Under the pieces are notes generated by a model. That model was not told where the DNA came from and did no database searches. It worked only from the letters and a program-made list of their open reading frames with translations. Position numbers and translations under genes: made by a program. Source: Paramoeba atlantica (taxonomy: Eukaryota; Protista; Discosea). From it: a stretch of 64,000 nucleotides of DNA. Below are positions 10,549 through 22,594 of this stretch, in pieces. The stretch's first letter is position 1, and the number at the start of each line of letters is the position of its first letter. Where the stretch lies: positions 1-64,000 of the forward strand of contig CDRNVI010000193.1 of assembly GCA_977017575.1 (NCBI GenBank), read 5' to 3'.

Positions 10549-12668
10549 TCATAAGGAATCACCCTCCCAAACTCTGGCCACATTATCTTGCTTGGGCAGT
10601 ACATCAGAAACCCCAACAATCCCTCAAAAAGATATGATGGATTTCCTTGAAGACATTGTTGCTGAAACTGATGCTGAGAGGGGGGTTATTTTAATTGAGG
10701 ATGAGGATGAAATTTCCCCAGTTGTGAACAGACCTCAATTCTCATCTGATCCAATTTCTGGGAGCAAATGGTTGATGACTATTCACAACACTGAAGGGGC
10801 TTGGAAAATATTAGATGGGGTGAATTTTCAGTGTAAGTGGGAGAGGACTGAAGATAGCCTTGGGAAGTTGAAGAGTGAGTTGGAAAAAGGACAGCTTAAA
10901 TGGGAATTGAGTTTTGATGCAGACTTCCTTGGCCACATTATTGATAGGGTGGTTGAGGAACTGAAATTAAAGCTGAAATCCAGACTGAGGAAGAGGGTAA
11001 TGTCAAAAGAGACAGTTGAGGAGAAAGAATCAACTTCTACTAGGACCAAACCATTACTTGTAACCAAGAAGCCAGCAAAGAAGAAGAAAAAGAAAAGTAG
11101 GGAAGAGAAGAAAGGGAAAGAGGAGATAAAAGAAGAGAAAGATGAAGAGGAAAAAACAAAGGAAAATGACTGTGATAAGAGTGTCCCCACTGGTGTCCCT
11201 GGGAAGGAAAAAGTGATTTATCCTTTTTCAGAGATCCCTACCTCAAATGGTTTTACGGTTTTTGGAGATTTGCATCAAATAGAATGGGGTGAAACAGTGT
11301 TGACAATGGATAGTGCTTGATTCCCTGAGTCAAGCAATGTTTCATCTTCCTCTTCTTCCCCCCTCTCATAAAGGAAAGAATGAAAAGAAAGAAAAACAAT
11401 AATAATTTAAAATCTTTCTTTCCACCACTGAAGGACCCTTGTGCTTCCTCTGACTCTTTCATTATTGATCTTTGTCAAAAAACAAACCTTGCCTCCCCAA
11501 CTCCTCAAGCACCTGTCTTGGTGTCCCAACCCTCTTCATCTTCTTTCCTTCCTCCCTTCCCTGCACCACCACTTCCAAACCTGTATCAGTATAACAAATT
11601 CCCAGACATAAGGATTTTATCATGGAACATCAATGGTGTTCATAATGATAAAAAACTCAACCTTTGCTGTAGAATGGCTGCAAGTTGCTGTTCTCTGTTT
11701 ATTTTGCTTCAAGAAACCCATGCTGCATCTGAAAAAGATCTTGATTATCTCAAGAATTATTTAAGGAAATATTTGTGGTTCAAAGACCTCTTCTCAAAAC
11801 AGAAGCGGGGCCTTGCCATTGGAGTTAGAAGAATGGAAGGCCTTCATGATATAGAACCATACCCAATTGAAAGCTCTAAGAGTGGTTTGTTTGGATTGAG
11901 AACCAAGATTTTCAATACTGAATATGCTGTAATGAATGTTTACTGTCATTACAATCTGAAACTTCCCTTTATGCAAGACCAAATCAGAAAGTTCTTCTCC
12001 AAAGATGGACTGAATGTTCTGGGAGGTGACTTCAACTGGGATTTTAATGAATCCCCTTTTAAAGAGCTTGCAGAATCCTCTGAATTTTGGAATTTATCAA
12101 AACTGGGGTGGTCAGAACCAACCCATTTCCAAGGACAATGTATTGATTATGTCTTTATTTCCTTGAACACTTCTAGCAAAAGGATTTTTGTTAATGTGAT
12201 CTGTTGGGTTGTCATAGTTGGTTTTGTTGACTTTGTCATTTTGTTGGTGAGCAGAAACACTGAACTGTTTTGTGTGTGTTTTCTGATTGTGAATAATTGT
12301 AAATTATTTGTTGCCCTTTTTTGTACAAAAGAGGTTTTGTTCTTTGGACCCATTTGTGGGTGAAAGAGCATAAACTTTCTTTTGTTCTTTTTGGCTTTTG
12401 GAACGCATTTGATAAAAGACATTGAACCAAGCTTGTTCTTTCTTTGTTCTTTGTTCTTGTTCTCTGTTCTTGTCTCTATCTCCATACTATTCTGTAGAGG
12501 ACTCAACTTTTTTTTGGTCTTTTCCTCATGTGTGTTGAGTTTAATCAGTTGTAAATCCCTTTTTTTTTGGAAAACTTTTTTTCTATGGAGTCAGCAAAGG
12601 AGGAGGCCCATGAGACGCCCCTTAGTTTGGAACAAGAGGATCAAGATGCGGAAAGTGAAATTGAATAG

Positions 12669-14528
12669 ATGTTGTCATCTGAGTTGTCATTATCAGTCTT
12701 GTCAGGGTCACTGGAGTCTGAAGTTGTCCAGCATTATGACAAACTGAGGAAACTTGAACTCACATTAATGGATCAGGTGATGAATCTCAATCTAGATGAG
12801 AGTGAGTTTCATGAAGAGGCTATTGTGAGTTTGCAGAAGCGAATTTCTACAATCCAAGTTACGTTGAAGCTCTTGAAACAAACGTTGGCTCATGAGACAA
12901 AATTCGAGACATCAGAACCTGAGTACTCAGACATAAGAAGTTGAGTAGGACCTTCAGGTGTTCCAGGGAATTTGAGAATTCCTGGAAGAAGAATGACAAA
13001 GTTGGAAGAGAAGGAAGCCACTTCTTTAACTGAGTTGGAATCAGATTATCATGTGATGAAGAGGGAGCAGTCTGCATTAGATTGTTCTTCCTTGAGTGGG
13101 AGTGATTCAAGGAGGCGAGCCAGAATACCAAGGGGAGTAGCTAATCCTTCAGTTGGTTTGTTTGAATCATCCACGGGCTCGGGAGATTGGTTAAAGAAAC
13201 TTGACAATCTACCAAAATTAAAAACCCCAACAAAGGATGTCGTGAAAGTCCTTGAGTTTCAGTTTTCATTTAAGATTTTGATGAAGGCTGAAGGTTTGCA
13301 AGAGGGGGTGCAGAAGAAGTATCTCTTGCGGGCAGTATCTGGAACAATGAAGTCTGATTTTGTACAGTCAAATACTTTGGATTGGACGATGAACCAGATG
13401 TTTAAGTTTTTAAAAAAATCGAATTTGGGAGCCAACTTCAGTCAGAAGGTGGAGGGACTCTTGGGTTCAGTGGTTCAGGAGGAGTCAGAATGTATAAAGA
13501 AATTTGCAAAGTGACTCTCCTGGTTTCTGTTGGAGCTTCAGTTGGATTTGAATTTGAAAGAAGCAAAATTAAAACTCTGAGAGAATTCTCACACAGAATA
13601 TGAATTACTTTGGGTGAGGAATTTTGGTCAAGTGTTTGAGTGTGACCAGGAGGTTCATTGGAGAGTTTTAGTGGACCATGCCTTTGAGGTCAAAGACACA
13701 GACCAGTTTGTTTTGTTGAAGGAGGATGCAAAGGTGCTAAAGAAAAAGGCAACTTGTGTGTTTTGTAAGAAAACTGGCCATTCAGAAAGTCAGTGTTACA
13801 AGAAGAAACTGCTACCTTCATCGACATCTTCAAATGAGAATGGGAATGAGAGTGCGAAGGAGAAAAAAATTTCTTGGAAAGAGATCAAAGGAAAAAATTT
13901 GTGTATCAAATGTTTGCAACTTGGTCACAAGAAGAAAGACTGTCCTGAATGCTTGACTCCCAAAGATGGTTGTTTTCTGCTACTGGAGAAAGGAGCCAGT
14001 GCTGATGCCAGTGCTTCATCTTTAATGGAAGAAGACAAGATGTATAAACAATTTTTGAGAGATGTTAATTCACCTCTCAGTGTGAGTGAGGAGAATGCTC
14101 TTGGCCCAATTTCACCACCTCCAGATTCGATGAAATTGTATGTTCCAATTCTGTGGGGTGATTCGAAATCGCTGGATATTTGGACTATCCATGATTCAGC
14201 AGTTACAGTGACGATGGCTGATTTGAGATTATGGGATCAGTTGGAAGGTGAAGAAGGTCAAGGGAAGCATTGGTCTGGTGGCATTGGTGCTGCAGTACAG
14301 ACACTTACTCGTTTTAAGATGGTTGCTGCATATACTTTGTTTTATGCAACTGTAGTTAAGGTTTGGAGAAATCCAGCTTTGACTGGTAATCATTTGTTGA
14401 TTCATCATGAAGATGCAAAGTGGTTGGGGGTGACTGTTCAAGGAATTGAAGTGGTCTTCCCAAGTATTGCTCGTCAAGTCCAAATTGATGATCGGCAGTG
14501 GTTGGATGATGATGAGGATCAGAGTTAA
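12669..14528 (+). pseudogene. gag: Gypsy-1 gag and putative protease region, broken by stops
   Basis: CVFCKKTGHSESQC and CIKCLQLGHKKKDC knuckles in ORF 13614..14528. The protease assignment (IHDSAVTV) is weak. Confidence 0.75.
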
Positions 14529-16092
14529 AAGGAGCAATGGGATGATGAGTCAGTCAAGTTGTTTATTCAGAGTATTGATGATGCTTTGAAGGAAAACCAG
14601 AGACTGCAGGAAAATTCTCATTGTGTGCTCCCAGGTTCTGAGTTTAAAATTTCTTTGAAAGAAGACACTCTGAAGTTTGTGCCACAGTATCCAATCTCTG
14701 AGAGATTGAAAGGAAAGGTTATGGAGCAAGTGAACAAGTGGGTGAAAAAAGGATTTGTTAAGAAGTGAGACAAGGACAAGAAGAACTTGTGGAATTCCCC
14801 TCTTTTAGCAGTCCCTAAGAAGTCTGGTGGTCGGGTGGATCCTGATGATATCAGAGTTTGTTTGGATTTGAGAGCAGTAAATGCTTTAACAAAGGATCCA
14901 AGTAATATTTTGCCATCTTCTGCGGAATTGTTTGAACGTGTTTGGGGTGCAAAATATTTTACCAAAATCGATCTCACAGAGGCTTATCATCATATTGTGG
15001 TGTCAGAAAAGAGTCAGCCATTGTTGGGTTTTCTGGCACCTGATAAGAGTCAGTATGTGTATGTGAGGATGCCATTTGGGCCAAAAGGTGCGGTTATGCA
15101 TTTTCAAGTCCAAGGAGAACGAGTTATTGGTGTTTCAGATGAAGCTGCAAGTTATTTGGATAATTTTCTAGTTTTTTCTAAAGAGCTGGAAAATCATTCT
15201 AATGAAGCTCACAGAGTCATCCAAAAGTTGACAAGAGCAGGATTTCGGATTAAGATGAAGAAATCAAAATTCTACATGAAGAGGATTCAATTCATGGGTC
15301 ATTTGATTGATGGTTTTACTCAAGAGATCAATTCATTCAAGAAAGAAATGGCTCAGAAGATGGTGAAACCTCAGACTGGAAAGCAAGTTGAAAGTCTTCT
15401 TGGTTTTCTGAATTTTTTGAGGGATTTTGTCCCAAATTATGCAACTATTGCAGCTCTGTTGGACAAGTTGCAAAAGATGAGGCATCTTGGTAAGGCATGG
15501 GGCAAAGAGCAAGACAAGTCTTTTGATTTTTTCAAAGAGGTTATCTCAAATGCTCCGGTGTTGTCTCAGCCAGATTGGGATTGAGAATTTTGTATTGCAA
15601 CTGATGTACCAAGTTGATGCAAATGACAAGAAATATTATATTGTATTTGCATCAAAAACTCTTCAAGCAGGGCAACGAAATTATCCTGCACCGAAGAGGG
15701 AACTTTTGGCAATTATTTTTGCAATTAGGAAGTTCCATTCATATGTTTTTGGGCAGAAGTTTAGAGTGGAGATGGATCATAAGGCGCTTGTGTATTTGAA
15801 TTCAAGTACAAAGTTTATGATTTTGGACTGGTTGGATTTTCTGTTGGATTACAACTTCTACATTGTTTATCAAAAAGGGATCCATAATGTTTTACCAGAC
15901 TATCTCTCTTGATTGTATCAAGAAAAATACCCAGTTACAGATGATTCTACTAAACCAGCAATTGATGCTTGTGATGTTGCTGCACTTGAGTGTGAGGATG
16001 AGCCTGTTGAAGGAACTAAGAGATATCTCGAAGAGTTTATTGGGAATGTACTTGGTAAGAAAGAGCTGGAGGAAGAAGAGAAACTGCCTTTG
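14529..16092 (+). pseudogene. pol: Gypsy-1 pol RT and RNase H, degraded
   Basis: ORFs 14559..14768, 14787..15584 and 15487..15912 (RELLAII, DHKALVY). Confidence 0.92.
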
Positions 16093-16393
16093 GGGGTTGG
16101 CGCCCGTAGTTTAGTCATAAATTTGACTATGTCCAACCCCAGGGGGGCAAGTTCAAATCCCAGTTTTTCGATATTATGGAAAATTTTTCTGGTGCTGTAG
16201 AGTGATTTGATTGGAGTGAGGAGCTCTTGAAGAAGTGTGAAAATCAGAACAGGTTACATCTCAGCCCTGTCTGCTAAAAAGTTGAGGATAAATTCCCTTG
16301 GAAGAAGCTTTGGATTATTCTCCCTTCTGATGTGCATCCTCCAGCCTGAACTTGCAGAAGTTCTAAAGTTCAGCATAAAGACCGACTGAACTA
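16093..16393 (+). mobile_element. SINE family C, 5' intact, 3' end deleted
   Basis: GGGGTTGGCGCCCGTAGTTTAGTC (A box) ... AAGTTCAAATCCC (B box). Matches 38440-38749 on the minus strand. Confidence 0.9.
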
Positions 16394-16397
16394 TATC

Positions 16398-16577
16398 TAT
16401 GAATTTGAGAAAATTTTAGATGATCAGGGCAAAGATGGCAAGAAGGAGTATCTTGTCAAATGGAAATATTATGATGAGACATCTTGGCAACCTGCGAGTG
16501 ATTTTTTGGCAGATGATGCAATTCAAGAATACAATGCAAAGCGGAGAAAATCGACATGGCATGTAAAGAAGAAATAA
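16398..16577 (+). pseudogene. Chromodomain at the C-terminus of Gypsy-1 pol (not in the ORF track)
   Basis: My translation: YEFEKILDDQGKDGKKEYLVKWKYYDETSWQPASDFLADDAIQEYNAKRRKSTWHVKKK*, matching the chromodomain pattern YxxEKILD...YLVKW...W. Confidence 0.85.
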
Positions 16578-18974
16578 GGAACTATTTCTGTTGTGATGCT
16601 TGTTGTGTTGGTTGTTTTGTTCTTTGTGTTTTGTTTTGTTTTATTGTGTATTGTGAATTGTGAGCAAGTGCACTTGCGGGGGGTGTTGGGTTGTCATAGT
16701 TGGTTTTGTTGACTTTGTCATTTTGTTGGTGAGTGGAAACACTGAACTGTTTTGTGTGTGTTTTCTGATTGTGAATAATTGTAAATTATTTGTTGCCCTT
16801 TTTTGTACAAAAAAGGTTTTGTTCTTTGGACCCATTTGTGGGTGAAAGAGTATAAACTTTCTTTTGTTCTTTTTGGCTTTTGGAATGCATTTGATAAAAG
16901 ACATTGAACCAAGCTTGTTCTTTCTTTGTTCTTTGTTCTTGTTCTCTGTTCTTGTCTCTATCTCCATACTATTCCGTAGAGGACTCAACTTGATCCCTTC
17001 AAGCTTTAAGGACCATGCAATGATTGTAGGTGGAACTAGTATCAAAGAATGGGAGTTGAAATCTAACAAGAAGAGAATCCCTGAATACTTCATTAAAGAT
17101 TCTAAATTTATTAATGCCCTCATTAATGAAGTTGGGGACTATGTGAAAGGTGATCCTGTCAGTTGTCTTATTAAACTCAAGGAGAAGGTGTGGGAATTAG
17201 TTCTTCTGTGGAAAGACAAAGGGAAAGAAGCTCACCTCTTCAAAGAACTATGGAAACTCCAAACAATCATCAAACACCTTGCAAAGACCAGAATTTTAAG
17301 GAAAACTTCAGCCATACACTCTTTCTCTTTGTTGGAACTCAAACTCCTTCATACAGCTGTGATAGGATGGAATGGCTTTCAAGATAACAAGAAATGGAGA
17401 ATCAAAGCTATTCCTAGAATGATCAAAGCTGAGATGGAACAAACTGCAGTTCTTGAACAACAACTCAGAATTTTTGTAGATGAACACCCCTTGTGCCCTG
17501 GTCATAAATCTTCTCCCCATGTTAAAGGTGTAATTGTAGATGGAGTGATCTCTCATGATGATAATGTGGTTAACAAAGCAATTAAAGACTTTTGGGAGAG
17601 CCTTCTCAGTACAGAAAGACCATATAACAAGGATTCTCTTGACAAACTGATTGCTGACCATCATCCTTGCTTTCCCCCAGTTGAGAGACATGATGTTGAC
17701 AGGAAGAAAGTTGATAAACTTCTTCAGAGAACCAATAACACCAACACAGGACCCAATGGTATCCCTTTCTCTTTATATAAGGCAACACAAGAAAAGTATT
17801 TTGACATGTGGGTGGAATTAATTCAACAAGCAGATGAGATTATGGAGTTCCCCCCCTCTTTTGGTGAGAGCCAACTCTGTTTGATTCCCAAAGTAGAGAA
17901 TATTCCCCATCTTGACCAATTTTGACTAATCAGTGTTACCAATTCAGATTATTGGATTGTGATGAGATATTGGGCAAAATGGCTGATGGAGATTGCAAGT
18001 GGAGTAATTTCTAAAGAACAGCATGCAATGTTTAAGGGGAGGTCAATTGACAAAGCAGTGGAATCAGTGTATGACTCTTTTTACAAAGCTCTGGCAGAAG
18101 GGAAAGATGTGACCCTCCTCCAAACAAACTTTTGCAAGACATATGATTATATGAATTGTGATGCACTTCTTTATATTCTCAAAGGTTTGAACGCCCCCCC
18201 CTCAAGCAATTTATGTTGTTGAGAAGGTGCTTTGAGAATCTGTAACCTAGCTGTCAAATATTGGTGGATCCAAGAGGGGAGGCAACAATGAATCAATCCA
18301 AAGTCAAACTGGTGTCAGACAAGGATGCCTGATCTCCCCCCTTTTGTTTGTAATTGTGTTTGACATCCTCCTGGTGAGCTTAAAGAAGAAATACAACCCC
18401 CAAGACCTATCAGGCTTTATGGATGACTTGGGGATGGTGATTTAGAAAGCTGAAACCATCAATTCTCTCACTCCAACCTTCAAGAAATATGAAGAAGCAA
18501 CTGGAGCTAAACTGAACTTTAATAAGTGCTTTGTCCTCTCAACTGAGTCTTTTAAACCTGTAGGCCCCTGGGCTGAGATGGCAAGATCCAATTACTGTGG
18601 TGATGAAACTGTATATCTGGGAGTGAGGTTGAGTAAACAGTTATCTCCTCTTAAGGATTGGGAGAAAGTGATTCTAAAGATGAAAAAAGTTGGAGCAGCA
18701 ATCAAAAAAAGGAGTGGCAATTTTTGCTCAAGAGTAAGGATGGTCAATACCTATCTATTGGATGCAACTTCTAACCTTATTAAGATAAATCTGGTTTTAT
18801 CGAAGTTGTTTGGACATTGTCACATCCTCCTGAAACATTGCAATGCAACCACCTATTCCATTGTTGCTTGTTTGTGCAACCTTGTTTGTCACAAATAAAG
18901 TTTATTCTCATTTTCCTCTCTAAACCCTTGTGCCTTACATCAGTTTTATTATTTTCCCTGTTTCACCTCCAACA

Positions 18975-18986
18975 GATTAAGAGTCT
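18975..18986 (+). promoter_or_regulatory. Copia-1 primer-binding site GATTAAGAGTCT, complementary to the tRNA-Lys(CUU) anticodon arm
   Basis: Immediately follows the LTR-terminal CA. The reverse complement AGACTCTTAATC is the conserved eukaryotic tRNA-Lys(CUU) anticodon loop. The same PBS occurs in Copia-2. Confidence 0.8.
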
Positions 18987-20761
18987 CTGTAGCTTTATCC
19001 ATGACTGAACTCATGTATGGATTTAATGGCTGGGAAATCACTCAAGACTGAGAAGAATTGTCGATCAATCAGGCAAGAAGAAATGAACACAATTTCTCAC
19101 TCTGCCAAGAAGTGCGATGTGACACACATGAGAGGGGAGTGTGCTAAATGATGATCGAAGCATCGGAATGAAGTCCTTGCACCATTGATTGGGTCTGATC
19201 AACCTGCTGATGTTCCAGAAAGGAACTCATATGTGATGCCCAAGTCACAGCTGCCCACTGAGAAGGAAAAGGATAATGAGAACTGGATGGATAGTATCCA
19301 ATTGGATGACACACCACTCTTCCAACCTCGTTCTTCAAATGCCTCTTGTTCTTCTACTTCTGCTCACCAGACTGCAACACCACTGACATCGAAGCCTCAG
19401 AGAGATCTCCCTGATCACTCTGATCCTGATCCACCTGATTCCAATGATTCTTTTGGCTCTGACGATTATGGCAATTCCTCTGATGAATTTTCATCAGATG
19501 AAAATGAGATTGAGTTGTACCCTCAAAAAGTCCACAAAGACCTGATGAAGGTGCAATACCCCTTTGATGGAACCAAGAAGAAGTATCAGAAATGGAAGGA
19601 TGACATCACAAATCATTTGGATTCATATGGTTTAGTGAAGTATCTACTCATCCCAGTTCCTCAAGTCCACTGCATGTGATCAGCAATGCATTTTAATGCA
19701 AAGAAGGTCTCTGTCTGCAGTGGAACACAAAACTTAAGATTGCTGTGCCCTTTTACAAGCATAAGCCCCACTGTGTTTAGCTCAAGTTGGAAAATGAGTA
19801 CAACAAGAAAACAATGGCATCTTTGCTGGATCTCATGAACAAGTTGATGACTTTGAAAAAGAAGGAGAATGAAACTGTCAATGATTATGTATCCCAAGGT
19901 ATGGCCCTCACCATAGAATCTGCTGAGAATAATGAACCTGTTTCAGAACACTGTATGATGGCTCTTCTTCTTTGAGGCCTTGGTCCTGAGTTCCAACCCA
20001 TGGAGACACTCAAATATCAGAAAGATTTATCTTTCAAGGATTTGGTCGATAGTTTGGTACACTTTGAAGAAAAAGTCCTATCTAAATATGGCAAGGAATC
20101 CGGTTTTGGATTCCCACCACATGTTGGTTTGTTGGCTGAAGCGAAGGAGGAGAAACATTGGAGAACTGAAAAGAAATTCAAACCTGGTGATTGATGTCCT
20201 GATGGTTCAACTGTTCATTAAGATCATTGCCATTGGTGTGGGGTGACTGGTCACTGGAAGGATGAATGTTGAAGAAAGAAGCAAGGAAAGCCCCAGACCT
20301 CTGTTGGTGAAACATTTCTTGCACAATTTGCAATGATTGGTGTCTGCAAAATGGCCTTCTACACCAAACCTTCCACTGAGGAGTTCCTTGAACCCTAACA
20401 TGATCCAACATAATGCTGCTGGCCCTGGTGGATCAATAACCCAAGCAAACAGCTCTGCTTTACCTGTTGAGAAACGCAGAACTGGTTCAATCCTCACGGA
20501 TGGAAGAGACTTAAGTTTAAGTCAAGTGTAAATAAGGAAATATCCAAATATGTAATATTCAAATATGTACATCACTTTATATAGAATCTCGACTCTGCAA
20601 CTCACAATTTTGGTAAAATTGGTTGTCACCCACCAAGCGTCACCCCTCTTCCTTTTCATTCTCACTTTTCCCAAATCATTTGAATTCCCCAAGTGTTTTT
20701 CCTCAAACTCTCAAAACCCGAAATAAACCACTATTTACATTGGTGACACCTGATTCGAATT

Positions 20762-22471
20762 ATGATGACTGGTGAAGAAGCATTTGACTCTGCGAAGTTG
20801 ATGGATGGATCAGAGCTACAGCCTGTTGAGATGGTGAAAGTGATCCAATTCCTTATGGAGCAAAATGAGAAATTGATGAGGCAGAACGAACATACTATGG
20901 CAAAGGAGATGGTCTGGAAGACTTCATACAAGTCTCATGAGAGTCATCTCAAACTGGCTCTCAAGAATGTCGATTTCAAAGACCTGTTGCAAGTTACTCA
21001 TTTCTGTGTTCAGGGTGAATGCAACTTGGAACAAGATGTTTGGCCCAACACACTTGAATTTGGAAGTCAAATCAAACTTGCAATAACTCTCCCCACTGGT
21101 AGTTGGAACTCCTTGGGACTGAAGAAGGATGCTGGATTGCCGAGAGATATATTACTTGCTCTGAATAGCTCTTTTGGGAGGCAGAATGCAGTCCTTTCAG
21201 ACGAAAAGAAATTCAACATTTTTTGAGTTCCTGATGAGAAGGTAACAGAAGACAATTTTTGACTTGTCACCTCTGAGTATATCCATCTCTTCTTGAAGGC
21301 AAAAGATACTGAATTGGACAAACCGGCTGTGAAGGAAGCAATGAGGGATTTTGGAAGAAGGTTTGAGAACCCAGCCTTTCAAGGAAAGTGGGACAAGTTG
21401 GCTGAGAAGGAAGAAGTCTGGAATGAACTGGTCCAAAATTTCTTAGAAGATATTGAGTTCACCCAAATCACAGCGAATCCTCGGGGTCTGAACAAATTGT
21501 TTGTGAGGAAAACAGACGAATACTAAAGGACAAAGGAAAGGCTGGGGAGGGGTCAAGAAAGATCCATTACCTACTTCCTTTGTTGGGGTAGTCATTCCCC
21601 CAAAAAATGTTTCATTCTGGATGAATTGAAACAGGAAGCTGCTGACCGCCCTGGAAGGGAATACTGTCTTCTTCATGGAAGATGCGACCATAAGAGCCTG
21701 GAGTGCCTTTGGTTAAGTGTTGCAAAATTCATAACAGAAAGAAAAATCAAACTTGTGGGAGATCATCCCTGGAAGGAAGCTGTGACTCATTATGGTGAGT
21801 CTGCAGCTCGAAAATACAATTGTATGGAACCTGCTGACTGGAATAAGAAACTTCCAGGGAAAAGAGGAAGAGAAATCCCTCAAGAGAAGGAGAAAGAAAA
21901 GAAGAGAAAATTGGAGAATACTCTTCAAGATTTGGTGACTGGGAAAATGACTCTGGATGAGCTCAGAAATCAAGGAAATGGTTTGTCAATTTTTTCTGGG
22001 AGTAAAAAGGAATTTACTCATAATATTGGGCAGCAGGACCACAAAGTGATGGTCAAGATGGGTGAAGAAGGCTTCACAATCTCTATTGGTGACTTAGTCA
22101 GAGACTTAAATCCTGAAATTTGCCAAATAAAAGACAAATTATTCACTATTCCTTGCATGGTTAATAATACCAATACACAAGCATTATGTAATTCTGGGGC
22201 TTGCAGGATAGATGTTGTAGCAAGAACATTCCTGAACAAAGCAATTCCCAAACTTTGGAGGCCTTACAGAGGGAATCACATCTCCTTGGCCAACAAATCA
22301 TCAGTATTGCCAACTGAGGAAGTTCTCCTGGAGATTGACATCTCTGGGGGAAGAAGAAGGCACTGGTTTGTTGTACTTGATGATCTTTCATCAGATATCA
22401 TCTTTGGAACTCCATTTTTGTCAAAAGTCGGTGCTGTTCTTGACTTTGATGAAGGACACATCGAATTCTGA
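20762..22471 (+). pseudogene. gag: Gypsy-2 gag and protease
   Basis: ORFs 20762..21226, 21293..21526 and 21626..22471 lie in one frame, separated by stops. Confidence 0.85.
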
Positions 22472-22594
22472 TGATTGATAAATAATGAGACAATTAGATA
22501 TCCAGTAATCAGAGGCTGAAATGGGGCATATGCTCAGGCACTCCTTCCCAATCCTGGAGAGATTGGAGAATTAAAAACAACTACACAAACAAGA

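Larger units (their letters stand above)
12202..16990 (+). mobile_element. Gypsy-1: Ty3/Gypsy chromovirus-type LTR retrotransposon, integrase core missing
   Basis: 307-bp LTRs at 12202-12508 and 16684-16990, TSD TGATC (12197-12201, 16991-16995). Gag has two CCHC knuckles, followed by RT (WNSPLLAVPKK, YLDN), RNase H and a chromodomain. G-rich PPT before 16684. Confidence 0.95.

Noticed and set aside
12430-12545. Tf1-type self-priming for Gypsy-1
   Set aside because: The best complementarity between leader and LTR I found is 7 nt (AAAAGAC), which is too short to claim.
14526-14528. In-frame TAA between the Gypsy-1 gag/protease ORF and pol as a programmed readthrough site
   Set aside because: CAA>TAA is one of the commonest lesions in this window, so a single copy cannot distinguish readthrough from decay.
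20740-20760. Specific tRNA assignment for the Gypsy-2 PBS (TGGTGACACCTGATTCGAA, Trp-like start)
   Set aside because: Spacing to the T-loop-like TTCGAA is 4 nt short of a standard tRNA 3' end. Host tRNA sequences are needed.
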